Assembly: GCA_038087875.1 (NCBI GenBank)
Contig: CM075997.1
Location: 6,946,001 to 7,010,000, forward strand
Direction: 5' to 3'
Source of the DNA: Malacoraja senta
Taxonomy: Eukaryota
DNA: 64,000 nt
The notes under the pieces are model-generated. The model was not told where the DNA came from. It saw only the letters and a program-made list of their open reading frames with translations, and searched no databases. This document shows, one piece after another, positions 51,837 through 63,656 of the stretch (within the stretch, counting starts at the first letter, position 1; every line of letters begins with the position of its first letter). A program made the translations under genes and the position numbers.

Positions 51837-53457
51837 CAGGCACGTGCCATCAGGGTAGACAAGGTAGGCTACCTTGCATCACTGCCTACCCTGAATAAAA
51901 TTATCAAATGGTAATTATTAAATATAAATAGTAAAGGCATGGGAGAATAATGCCTACATAAGAGATCGATCTCTGAGGTAGGCATAATTCTCCGTGCCTT
52001 TCATCCGCAGTACATGTATCACGCGAAGGTCTGTGCAGCTGACGTGCCGTTGACGCTGCTTCAAGCCGTCAATTTCCAGGGGACTGCAGGCAACCGCAAT
52101 TCTGTCTTTGCAGTACTGCGCATGCGCAGCAGCATAATGCGCACGCGCAGCGCAAGTGTCATGGCGGGTTTTACAAACATGGATTGCCATTATCTTAAGA
52201 ATATCTTAAGAAACAAAGAGAGAAGAATGGAGTTCGTATACAAATTATATGGTAAGTAGATTTCTTGGTGCCATATGTTTTTAAATAACGTATTTCCCGG
52301 GAATTAAGATGCTATGTTTTACCCAAAAATAAGGCACAAAAATTTACATGCGTCTTGGAAGCCTAAGTTGGAAGGTTGTTAGACAAGAAAGATAGACTTG
52401 GCTATCCCTCAATACAACAACATCAAGAACGATGTTGCTGCAATAAGGGATAGCCAAGTCTATCCCTCATTGCTGGCAGCTGATGGGAAGCGCCTGTAAA
52501 AGGACAGCGCCGCTGGGGAGGGGAGAGTTTCTTTCACAGCGTGTGGGGAGCATGGGCCAGGGGGAAGTTGCGGGGAGGGCAGGAGCGTTGAGAAGGAGGG
52601 GGTCGGGTCTCATGCCAGCAACTCAATTGCCGCGACGCTCCGGGCGCGGAGTCACCGCATTGTGGCCGGGGAGGGACGTAGCTCGGGTGGCTGCGAGCGG
52701 CCGCCGGGACCGAACAGCGGAAACGGCCGCCTCCTCAGCCCTTTCTGCTGGCCCCTGCTCATATCTGGCAGTGCGCTCCGTCTGAAAACCTCTCTCCTGC
52801 CGCTCGCCGGCTTCGCTCACGTCAGACGCTTCCCGCAAATCCTTAAATCCTTCCCGCTGCCACCCGAGCTAGTTCCCTCCCCGGCCAGAATGCGGTGTCT
52901 CCACGCCCGGAGCGCCGCGGTACCGGTGTGTGAGTGGGATACTGGCATGATCCCCTACTCCCTCCTTCTCAATGCCCCAGCCCTCCACACAACTTTACCC
53001 CTGGCCAGACTCCCCACACGCTGTGAAAGGAACTCTCCCCCCAATTGGTCCCTTGAACAAATATTGTCATTCAAAAAGATCACAACTGATTCAACTTGTC
53101 CCGGTGTGCTCACGTTTTTCCCACCATCTCTCCACCTGCCGTCACCCTCCACCCCCACCCATTCAGTAATTCTGAATGAAGGAGATTTGGAAGCCTTGGG
53201 CAAATTGCTTTCTTTATTTTTATTTTTTTGAGCGTGAGAAATTGTATGTCCCACCAGCCTTCTTTCAAAATTTAGTAACTCAAAATGGGGCTGCGTTTTA
53301 ATTGCTAGGAAATACGGTACTTTATTAAGAGATTTGACTTTTGAAGACTTTATAAAAGTTCACTGACAGCTTACGGAGTGAACAATCTGCGCATGCGCGA
53401 TTAAGATTTTTTTAAAGCCGACTGACTGCCTACCCTGAGTAATTACTCCATGATGGC
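51837..53457. mobile_element. Possible hAT-like non-autonomous element hosting the TA-TSD MITE
   Basis: Left CAGGCACGTGCCATCAGGGTAG; right GCCTACCCTGA (53428) ..TGATGGC in inverted orientation; right end incomplete; no TSD seen. Confidence 0.35.
52288..53317. mobile_element. Tc1/mariner-pogo-type non-autonomous element (MITE) with TA TSD
   Basis: TA|ACGTATTTCCCGGGAATTAAGATGC ... GCGTTTTAATTGCTAGGAAATACGG|TA; internal inverted repeats ~52512-52620 and ~52941-53045. Confidence 0.75.
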
Positions 53458-53489
53458 CAACATCTACAATGGTGGTGGAGTTTCAGATC

Positions 53490-53549
53490 AGAGAGAGGGG
53501 AGAGAGAGAGGGGAGGGAGAGAGGGAGGGGAGAAGGGGAGAGAGAGAGG

Positions 53550-53601
<52 letters not shown>

Positions 53602-54095
53602 AAGAGAGAGATAAAGAGAGAAAGAGAGAAAGAGAGAAAGAGAGAAAGAGAGAAAGAGAGAAAGAGAGAAAGAGAGAAAGAGAGAAAGAGAGAAAGAGAG
53701 TAAGAGAGAAAGAAAGAAAGAGAGAAAGAAAGAGAGGGGAGAAGGATGCGAAGGGAGAGAAAGAGAAGGGAGAGAAGGGAGAGGGGAGAGAAAGGGGGAA
53801 GTACGGGTAGAGACGCGGAAAAAGAGAGGGGCTAGAGAGCGGGGAGAGAGAGAGGTTGGGAGAGAAGGGGAGAGGGAGGGGAGGAGAGAGAGAGAGAGTA
53901 AACAGAGGGAGAGAGGGGTGGGGATGGAGAGAGAGAGGGCACAGGTGGAGGGGGTTAGAGGAAGAAGAGTGAACGAGAGATAGGTGAGTGGGAGAGAGAG
54001 GGATAGAGAGAAAGAGGGGACATTGTGAGAAGGGGTATGGATAGAGGGTTGGAGGGAGAGAGGGGGACAGAGAGGGAGGGGGATAGAGGGGGTAT
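53490..54095. repeat. (GA)n/(GAAA)n-type microsatellite and GA-rich tract
   Basis: Direct reading. Confidence 0.93.
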
Positions 54096-55932
54096 AGTGA
54101 ATCCCACCTTTTAAACATCCCTGCTTCTCGAAGTCGCACTGTAATATGAGGGGAATGTTAAACTACAGCCTCCTTCATTGGACTGGAATCTGAAACTTCA
54201 ACTGCCCAGGTCACACTGCCGTATGCTTGGAAACACAAATGTAGCTCAGCGACCACTAGACTTCGCCTAATTAAATACTATATACCTGTCTTAATTCTGT
54301 CTCCGTGCTTTGATGTTACTACTACTGCAGTAACCGCTCTCGTTATCACAATCCAAATGGAAGGATTTGGTCAAATCTGGGATTCACAGACCTGAGGAGA
54401 GATCAGCGCTTACATGATTCTGGCAAGTACTCGATATTGTTCCATTCCCAGTCCAGTGTCTCTCTCGACCATTTGGCCTAGTTTTCGTACATAAGTTCGA
54501 CGAATTCAAACAGATTTTCGCAACATGCTACAGCAATTAATTAATCCCAGTATTTGTCTTCCAACTGTCATTGGTAACGGATGAGATGCGTGCAGAATAG
54601 AAAAAAAATCATATCCACATATTGTTGCTGGTACGCTTCCAGTTGGCCCGAATCCTGTTATAACAGTTTCCAATGCCATGTTCATTAAATCTCTCCATCC
54701 CTTCTTATTTATATCTTATATCTTAAATGCAGAACATTGTCTTTTTTTTAAAGAAAAATAGAATAGATAATAAATGATAGAAAAACGTGAGATATATAGT
54801 GTGTGAAAAAGAAAAAAAATGAGTGAATGAAGAAAAGTGAAGAAAAGAAGATAGAAAGAAAGAGAGTATTAAAGAAAAAAGAAAAATAAGCAGATCATTA
54901 TTTATAATCTTGACCACCCCTCACCCAGTCCTGGAACAGTTAGCTTCTACAATTGTGTTGCACCATATGCTTCCAAAAAGACGACAAATGGAGACCAACT
55001 CATTAAGAATAGGTCTGAATTTCCTCAAGATATGCGGTGTCCAACATGCTTGAAATCCACATTTTAAGCGTTGGTATTGGTGTATTTTTCCAGAATTTAA
55101 GTATTAGTTTTTTGCTATTATTAAACCATGATTTTAAAATGAATTTTGAGATGAGTTCAATTTATTCCCATCTTCCATTGCTCCAAATATAATCATTTCA
55201 GTATTAGGTTCCATTTTTATCTTGAATAATTTTGTAAATATTTCAAACATATCACTACAAAATTTATAAAGTTTTACGAAACGAAAGAGTGTGTTATAGT
55301 TGCGTTTTGGGATAGACATTTATCACAAATGGGGGATATATTTGGATAATATTTTATTCAATCTAGTTTTTGAATAATATAATCTATGTAAAATTTTAAA
55401 TTAAATTAAATTATGTCTTGCATTAATCCAACATTTGTGTATATATATCAAATACTTTTCCCATGTAACCTTCGTAATTTTTATCATTAATTCCCGTTCC
55501 CACTCTTCTCTAAGTACCTCTGTCGATGGTAGGTCTATATTTAAAATACTATTATATAAATATGATATTAATATCTGTGAGTCAGCCTTAATATTACTTG
55601 CCTCTTCCAGTAGATCAAAAGTTATGTTTTGATATCCTTGTATGTATTTCTTCATGAAATCGCAAATCTGAAGATATTTAAAATATTGGTCATTTTTCAG
55701 TTTAAATTTTAATTGTAATTGTTGGAATGATACTAGGTTTCCCATTTCATACATATCTCCGATCCTTTTAATTCCCATTCTTTCCCATTGGTTACATGTT
55801 TTATCAATAAGAGATAGTTTAAATGAAGGATTATTCACTATTGGCATTAACAATGATATGTTTTCATAATTTTAGAGATAATTTTATTTGTTTCCAAATT
55901 CTTATTGTATCATGTATAATTGGGTTCTTCTT

Positions 55933-58839
55933 CTAATTTAATCTTTTTATTTGAATTTCACGGCAATTTACATACATACAATAATAACATACAGTAATAA
56001 TCTAGGCATAATTGTACAACAGTATGTAAGCGATCCTCAAAACCCTTACCCTTACCCACCTTCAACCCACCCAAGTCAGGTCGGAGCCAAACGGGGACAA
56101 ACAACACTCACATACGTACACATCCCCACACAAATGGTAGAATAGACGAAACAAAATGTGCTATATAAAAATAAAAATAGAAAAAATAAAAAATAAAAAA
56201 AGATATATATATACATATATATCTAAATAAACAATTGTAGGGAGGGGGGATTAAGGGGAAAGCAACTGCTGTATAACAAAACAATGATGGAGAACACTCA
56301 GTCCTGTTCCGAGTCCGGGGACAAGGTAAGAGAGTTAACCAGTTCAAAGAAAGGGTTCCATGTATCTAGGAAGGTCTTGGTAGAGCCTTTGAGAGAGAAC
56401 CTAAGTTTTTCAAGTTTCAGATTGTAAAGCACCTCCTTAATCCAACTGGCGTGTGTCGGGGGACAGGTGAGCCTCCAACTAAGCAAGATTAGTCTCCGGG
56501 CTAACAAGGTTGTAAAAGCTAGGACCCGTTTCACCGCAACAGAGAGGTTGGTATTGGGAGGGATACCGAAAATGGCTGACATTGGATTTGGAAGAATAGT
56601 CTGGTCGTAAGCTCTGCTTATCAATTCAAAAGCACTCCTCCAAAAGGCTTCTAGCTTAGGGCAAGACCAAAACATGTGGCTATGGTTGGCAGGAGATTGA
56701 CTACATATGTACAGGTGTCATTGACAGCTGGGTACATTCTAGCTAATCTTGCATTTGTATACTGGACTTTGTAAAGGACTTTGCATTGGATTAGGCCATG
56801 ATGAGCGCATATGGAAGAAGAGTGGATCAAATCCAAGGCAGAGTCCCATTGCTGGTCTGTTAATTGCGTATTCAGCTCTCCCTCCCACGCAGCTTTTAAT
56901 GAGGTATGAGGTTTCAATAAAACCGACACTAGCAAATTATACAAAATAGAGATGCATTTCTTCCGATTGGGGTCTAAAGCTAACATGATATCAGTCAGGG
57001 TTTCAGGAGGGCGATTTGGGAAGTAGGGAAATGTCTTCTTCACAAAATCCCTAATCTGAAAAAACCGAAAAAGGTGGGAGTTTGGGAGGTTGTAGTTAGA
57101 CGAGAGCTCCGCGAAAGATGAGAAGATACCATCCTTATATAGGTTTTTAATACTACTGATGCCAATACTATGCAAGGTTTTAAATGCGTGGTCTATAGCT
57201 GAAGTTTTAAAATGTGATTTTTAAGCAGTCGGGTCAAGATGGAAGGACCCTGTAAACCGAGGTTTTTCCTAAATTGACTCCATATCTTGAGCGAAAGGGA
57301 CACAATTGGGCCTGCACCCACAGATGTTATAGAAAGGGGGAGTTGGGAGCATAGGACAGACCGCAATGGGAGACGTGAACTCGCCTTTTCCATATATACC
57401 CAGATCGGTGGGTGCTCGCAATCATCATTCATCCAATACAGGAGTTTTTGCAAGTTAGCTGCCCAGTAGTATCGCCTAAAATCAGGGAGGGCCAAACCGC
57501 CATCACTCTTAGGCGACTGCAGTATCGCCTTTCGGATTCTGACCGGTTTGCTACCCCATAAGAATTTAGATATTGTCCTTTCTAATTTGTCAAAAAAAGA
57601 TTTGGTGATAAGTATGGGGACATGCTGGAAAAGATACAGGAATTTGGGTAGGACAACCATCTTAACCAGATTTATCCGGCCCACGAGGGATAGCGGTAAG
57701 ACTGACCAGCGATCAAAATATTTTTCGGCTTTCTCAACCAGAGGCAAAAAGTTTGTGCGGAACATATCAGATAAGGGTATTGTGATAAAAACGCCGAGAT
57801 AGCGAAACCCATCCTCTGCCCTTTTGAATGAGGTTAAAGAGCGAGGGAGCTGCTTAGCCGGTAAGTTAATCGGTAATAGCTCACTCTTTTGGTAGTTAAG
57901 TTTATAACCAGAATATGCACCAAACCGTTCTAAAATATTCATAATCACAGGGAGAGAACTGACTGGGTTCGAGATGTACAGGAGCGGGTCATCCGCATAC
58001 AATGAGACTTTATGAGTTGTGTCAAACCGTGTAATACCTTTAAAGCCCTTCTCTGCGCGTAACCAGACCGCCAGGGGTTCTATCGCGACATCAAATAAGA
58101 GTGGAGATAACGGGCAACCCTGTCTGGTACCTCTCTGAAGTGTGAAGTGGGGCGACAGTATGTCGTTTGTTTGTACTGAGGCCACCGGGGACGAATATAA
58201 TAGGCTCACCCAGAGAATAAAACTGTTACCGAGGCCAAACCTAACCATCGCTTCATATAGGTACCTCCACTCGACCCTGTCGAAGGCCTTTTCGGCATCG
58301 AGGGAGACCACCATCTCCGGGGTCTAATTACTCGAAGAGTGAATGATGTTAAGGAGACGCCTAGTATTATGGGAAGACTGTCGGCCAGGTATAAACCCTG
58401 TTTGATCCAACGAGATAATAGAGGGCATGACTCGCTGAAGACGAAGCGCAAGGGCTTTAGAAAGGATTTTGAGGTCCACATTCAGGAGTGAGATTGGTCT
58501 ATAGCTACCACAAAGCAGGGGATCTTTCTCCTTTTTAAGAATTAGGGAGATGGTAGCCCACGACAAAGGTGGGCGGTAGGCGACGATGTAAAATCGCCTC
58601 ATTGTACATATCTCTCAGGACTGGTGCGAGGAGGTCAGAGAAAGCTTTGTAATATTCTACAGAGAAGCCGTCAGGGCCGGGTGACTTTCCGCTTTGCAGC
58701 GATGTGATGGCTGCTTGGACCTCAGCTACAGTTATGGGACCACCCAAGTCTCTCATGGCTTCTTCTTCAATTCGAGGAAGCGTCATACTACTGAACATGT
58801 CACCTGCAGTGGGGGGACAGTCGGAAGTGTATAGTTCAG
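55933..58839 (-). mobile_element. 5'-truncated L1-clade element of a distinct, GC-richer lineage ('L1-W')
   Basis: KSPGPDG, SYRPISLLN, SLDAEKAFDRVEW, RQGCPLSP, YADD, MFWSCPKL; TSD TGGGTTCTTCTT at 55921-55932 and 58840-58851. Confidence 0.9.
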
Positions 58840-59017
58840 TGGGTTCTTCTTATATATTGTGTTGTTCAGTTTTGTCGGGGAGAAGAGGATCGCTCCTATA
58901 TTACAAGGAAAACAATCCTCTCTCTTCATTCTTATCCATTCTGTCTGTTGGATAGAACTGACCAACCAGTAAATTATATTCTTAATATGCACTGCCCAAT
59001 AGTAATACAAAAAGTTC

Positions 59018-62000
59018 CGCTCACTTTAACAATACTAAATTCATTTTAAAATAGTTAAGAGATAAAGAGTGAGTAGGATATGGAATCGAATACATTTGAC
59101 ATATATATAAATTGTAACTGGGTGAAATAGAACTGAATTGGAAACGGTAATGACCCCATAGATTTTGGGTAATAAATACAGCGGGGCTAACTTTATACCA
59201 ACTACGCCGGAAGCGTTATGGATGTCGTACCCCACAGACGAGTGGGCCACTCACTACGGTGTTGAAATTTTAGACACCGTAAATTTATTTGATTTATATA
59301 TTTTTTTTTTAATCACAATATGTCACATCTGTGTGTTTTTTCTTCAAGGACAATCGCGCAGGAGAACTACCAAGGAAGTCTATAATAGAAATACTCCCAA
59401 AATAACCAGAGTCCGGAGGTATGAACGCACCACAATAATTAAGGTCATTAAAACTGGTAAAAATGCATGACGACAATCAAAAGAAAATAGGAGGAATCAC
59501 ATTATGTAGTTGGAATATAAGGGGGATTAATGAACCTATTAAAAGGGGCAAGATACTAGCTCAGTTGAAATCATACAACACGGACATTGCGTTTCTACAG
59601 GAAACACATCTTAAACAGCAAGATCAGACAAGACTGAGGGCGAACTGGATAGGCCAAACATTTCACTCTTCATTTACCTCCAAATCTAGAGGTACTGCAA
59701 TTATTATTCGTAAAGGAATTCCATTTAAATCAAAGAACACTATTTTAGATAAGGAAGGGAGATATCTTATAGTAGCAGGGGAGATCAATAATATGCCAAT
59801 TACGCTGGTAAACATATATGCGCCCAACTTTGATAACCCTCAATTTTTTAATAAAATTCTGAATATAATTGCAGAATCTAATTATCAAAATGTTATAATC
59901 GGAGGAGATTTTAATTGTGTTTTAGATCCTTATTTAGATAAATCGATGCAAAAACAAAAAGGTCAGACGAAATCTAAAACCAGTGAACTCTTACACACAT
60001 ATATGGAAAACACAAATATAACAGATGTATGGAGGATTGCAAACCCGACGGGAAGGGATTACTCGTTTTATTCAATGGTGCATAAAACATATTCACGGAT
60101 AGACTATTTTCTTGTGGATACAAAATTAATTTCGCAATCTCTGAATCCTAAATATCATATTAATGCGATCTCAGATCATTCTCCGTTAACTTTTGTTCTA
60201 AAACTAGAAGGAATGTCTATGAATAAACCGTTCTGGAGGTTTAACTCACAAATTTTAAAAGACCCTCAAGGGAGTATCTATCTAAAAAAACAGATGGATC
60301 TATTTTTTGAGTTAAATGATACACCAGAGATATCCCCCACGTTATTATGGGAATCCTTCAAAGCATTTATAAGAGGAGTCATTATTTCATTTCAAGCTTA
60401 TCAAAATAAAAAGAATAAGAATGAACAAAGACACTTAGAAGATCAAATAAAACAGTTAGATATAGATAATGCTAAAGACCCAACTATGGATAAACATAAT
60501 AAAATACTACTACTGAAATTTCAGTTAAATAAATTACTGTCAGAGAAAGTTATAACATTATTTCAAATCACAAAACAAGAACACTTCGAATTCGGGGACA
60601 AACCCCACAAACTTCTAGCACGACAACTTAAAAAACGGGAAAAAGAGAATGCAATATTAAAGATTAAATCAGATAGAGGGGAAGTATTAACACTACCCAA
60701 GGATATTAATAAAAGATTTGCTCAATTTTACCAGAATCTATACACATCTAAAACGTCAATAGACAATAATAAAATCTCAGAATTTTTAGATAATTGTAAT
60801 CTACCACAATTAGAACGCAGGGAACAAGAGGAACTGGGAGCACAAATTACTTCTAAGGAGATAGAAGACACAATAAAAACACTAAAAAATGGAAAAACAC
60901 CAGGACCAGACGGATTCAGTAATGAATTTTATAAATCTTTTTATGATATAGTTACTCCACGATTACAAAAAATGTATACATATGCTTATAAAGAGCAAAA
61001 CCTACCTGAAACACTAGCGGAATCAACGATCATATTAATACTTAAAAAAGATAAAAATATAGAAGAACCAGGATCATATAGAGCTATTGCTTTGTTAAAT
61101 ACGGATCAGAAAATAATAGCAAAAACATTAGCCAATAGATTAAGCAAGTATGTTAGTAGACTAATACATGAGGATCAAACAGGATTTATACCTAAGAGAC
61201 ACTCATTTAATAATTTGAGACGTTTGCTTAACATAATGCATTCACATAAATCTTATGACCAAGAGTTAGCTATCATCTCACTGGACGCAGAAAAAGCGTT
61301 TGATCAAGTAGAATGGGACTATATGATCAAAGTATTGCAAAAATTCCAATTGGGAGAAAACTTTATTGCATGGATAAAACTACTATATAACAAACCTACG
61401 GCTAGAATACTAACTAATAATATATTATCTTCAAAATTCGAATTATCTAGGGGCAACAGACAAGGATGTTCACTATCACCGCTGTTATTTGCTTTGGTAA
61501 TTGAACCCCTTGCTGAAAAAATAAGAACACACTCGAATATTCACGGTTATAACACAAAATATTCAAACAACAAACTATCCCTATATGCTGATGATGTACT
61601 ACTGTACATCACAAAACCACAAATTAGTATACCAAATATATTAAACTTAATTGAGGACTTTGGATCCTTTTCAGGATATAGAATAAATTGGAACAAAAGT
61701 GAAATTATGTCGATTAAACCAAAAGACTCAACACATCTCAGGAAATTCCCTTTTAAAATAGCTATGGAAAAATTCAAATATTTAGGAATTGAGATTACTA
61801 GAAATTACCATGATATGTTTAAAGCTAATTATAATCCCCTACTTAAGAAATTAAATAATCTGATTAAATTTTGGAAAACACTTCCGATGTCCTTAATAGG
61901 TAGGATAAATGCTATAAAAATGATTTTCTTACCAGAAATCCTTTACCTATTTCAATCAATACCTATATATCTCCCAAAAAAGTTTTTCAAAAAACTGGAC

Positions 62001-63656
62001 TCAGACATTACAAATTTTATATGGGATTACAAATCCCACAGAATACAAAGAACACACCTTAACAAACGAAAAGAGTTGGGGGGTCTAGCGCTCCCTAACT
62101 TTATGTATTATAACTGGGCAGTAAATATTAAAAATATGATTCACCTGCTGGACAATTCTGCCCAGCAGGTGGACTGGATTATAATGGAAAAAGGGGATTG
62201 CTCCCCGAATAATATAGGAGCGATTATTCTCTCTCCAATAAATTTGAATAATAAAAATTATAATAAAAATCCAATTATATATAGCACTATTAGAACATGG
62301 AAGCAAATAAAACAGAATCTAAAATTAAGAAACCTATCTCTCTTAATACCAATAGTCAATAACCCATCGTTTAAACCTTCAATCATAGATAAAGCATTTA
62401 TACAATGGGAAAGAATGGGAATTAAAACGCTCGAAGATCTGTATGAATTAGAAAAATTACTATCATTCCAACAACTACAACTGAAATATAATTTGAAAAA
62501 TAATCAATATTTTAAATATCTACAAATCTGTGACTATTTGAAAACACACACAAAAGATTATTATAATATGCCTTCCGACTTACTAGATGAAGCAATGAAG
62601 ACAAAGGCGGAATCAGTTAATTTAATATCATACTTATATAATATCATCTTAAATATAGAAATACCCACAACAGATGGAATTAGAAGAGATTGGGAACAAG
62701 ATCTAGGTATAAAAATTTCAAAAGAGAGTTGGGATAATCATTTATTACAGGTGCATAAATGCTCGATCAACGTACGACATACGCTTATCCAATTTAAAAC
62801 ATTACATAGATTATATTATTCAAAAACCAAACTAAATAAAATCTTTCCTAACGTCTCACCAATCTGTGATAAATGTATATGTCAAGAAGCTACCATAGCA
62901 CATTCTTTTGTTTTTTGTACAAAAATCCAAAAATTCTGGTTTGAAATATTTGATATTTTTTCAAAATTAATCAAAATAAAACTGGTACCAAAACCAGAAT
63001 GGATTATTTTTGGAATATCGGAAGGTATTCCTGAATTAAACGTGTATCAGAAGAATTTACTCAATTATGGGCTAATAATGGGAAAAAAGCTTATACTTAA
63101 ATTCTGGAAAAATGCGCCCACACCAACAATAAAAATGTGGACATCAAATATGTTGGAAACATTACATCTGGAAGAGATGAGATTCCTCCTAGTAGGCAAA
63201 GTAGATCAATTTCAAAAGACGTGGTCTACGTTTTTGGACCTATTACAAGCATGAGGTGCAATAGTAATTTAGAAAAACAAATAAATAAATAAAAGGTATC
63301 TGGACCTGGTAATGGGAGGTAAAATAAAAACAGACTTGGTTGGTAGTTCCTTCTCTATGAAGTATGGTATAAGAGTTATAATAGAGCGATTGTTCCTTCT
63401 TTCTTTCTCTTTTTTTTTCTAGGGTCTATTTTCTAACTTTACTTCCTTCTCTAACTTCTTTTCTAAGGGGCTTTCTTTTCCCAACACTCTTTTGCACCTC
63501 ACAACCTTTGCGCACTTTCTTCACTTTTCTTACTTCTTTCTTTTTCTTTCTTAAAGTTTAAAAAAGTGAAGCGGTACAAAAAATGTATTAATATATACGT
63601 GTTGTACATTACTGTAATCTACCGTACTTCTAAAAAATAAAAAAAAATAAAAAAAA
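59018..63656 (+). mobile_element. Young 5'-truncated L1 ('L1-V') with intact ORF2
   Basis: TSD AGTAATACAAAAAGTTC at 59001-59017 and 63657-63673; 3' UTR and A-rich tail at 63632-63656. Confidence 0.95.
59463..63254 (+). CDS. L1 ORF2p: APE endonuclease, reverse transcriptase, Cys/His C-terminal domain (1263 aa)
   Basis: Uninterrupted ORF with SWNIRG, LQETHL, GGDFN, SRIDY, SDH, PGPDG, SLDAEKAFD, RQGCSLSP, YADD, CDKC..HSFVFC. Confidence 0.95.
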   Translation: MHDDNQKKIGGITLCSWNIRGINEPIKRGKILAQLKSYNTDIAFLQETHLKQQDQTRLRANWIGQTFHSSFTSKSRGTAIIIRKGIPFKSKNTILDKEGRYLIVAGEINNMPITLVNIYAPNFDNPQFFNKILNIIAESNYQNVIIGGDFNCVLDPYLDKSMQKQKGQTKSKTSELLHTYMENTNITDVWRIANPTGRDYSFYSMVHKTYSRIDYFLVDTKLISQSLNPKYHINAISDHSPLTFVLKLEGMSMNKPFWRFNSQILKDPQGSIYLKKQMDLFFELNDTPEISPTLLWESFKAFIRGVIISFQAYQNKKNKNEQRHLEDQIKQLDIDNAKDPTMDKHNKILLLKFQLNKLLSEKVITLFQITKQEHFEFGDKPHKLLARQLKKREKENAILKIKSDRGEVLTLPKDINKRFAQFYQNLYTSKTSIDNNKISEFLDNCNLPQLERREQEELGAQITSKEIEDTIKTLKNGKTPGPDGFSNEFYKSFYDIVTPRLQKMYTYAYKEQNLPETLAESTIILILKKDKNIEEPGSYRAIALLNTDQKIIAKTLANRLSKYVSRLIHEDQTGFIPKRHSFNNLRRLLNIMHSHKSYDQELAIISLDAEKAFDQVEWDYMIKVLQKFQLGENFIAWIKLLYNKPTARILTNNILSSKFELSRGNRQGCSLSPLLFALVIEPLAEKIRTHSNIHGYNTKYSNNKLSLYADDVLLYITKPQISIPNILNLIEDFGSFSGYRINWNKSEIMSIKPKDSTHLRKFPFKIAMEKFKYLGIEITRNYHDMFKANYNPLLKKLNNLIKFWKTLPMSLIGRINAIKMIFLPEILYLFQSIPIYLPKKFFKKLDSDITNFIWDYKSHRIQRTHLNKRKELGGLALPNFMYYNWAVNIKNMIHLLDNSAQQVDWIIMEKGDCSPNNIGAIILSPINLNNKNYNKNPIIYSTIRTWKQIKQNLKLRNLSLLIPIVNNPSFKPSIIDKAFIQWERMGIKTLEDLYELEKLLSFQQLQLKYNLKNNQYFKYLQICDYLKTHTKDYYNMPSDLLDEAMKTKAESVNLISYLYNIILNIEIPTTDGIRRDWEQDLGIKISKESWDNHLLQVHKCSINVRHTLIQFKTLHRLYYSKTKLNKIFPNVSPICDKCICQEATIAHSFVFCTKIQKFWFEIFDIFSKLIKIKLVPKPEWIIFGISEGIPELNVYQKNLLNYGLIMGKKLILKFWKNAPTPTIKMWTSNMLETLHLEEMRFLLVGKVDQFQKTWSTFLDLLQA

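Noticed and set aside
52483..53254. ORFs of 71-189 aa as a transposase or host gene
   Set aside because: No DDE/HTH motifs; they lie in a GC-rich MITE, and similar peptides on both strands come from its inverted repeats
53469..54139. Arg/Glu/Lys-rich and Leu/Ser-rich ORFs
   Set aside because: Microsatellite translations
54287..54391. Possible minus-strand exon (CTCTCCTCAG ... ACAG|GTATAT)
   Set aside because: Stops in all three frames and no partner exons
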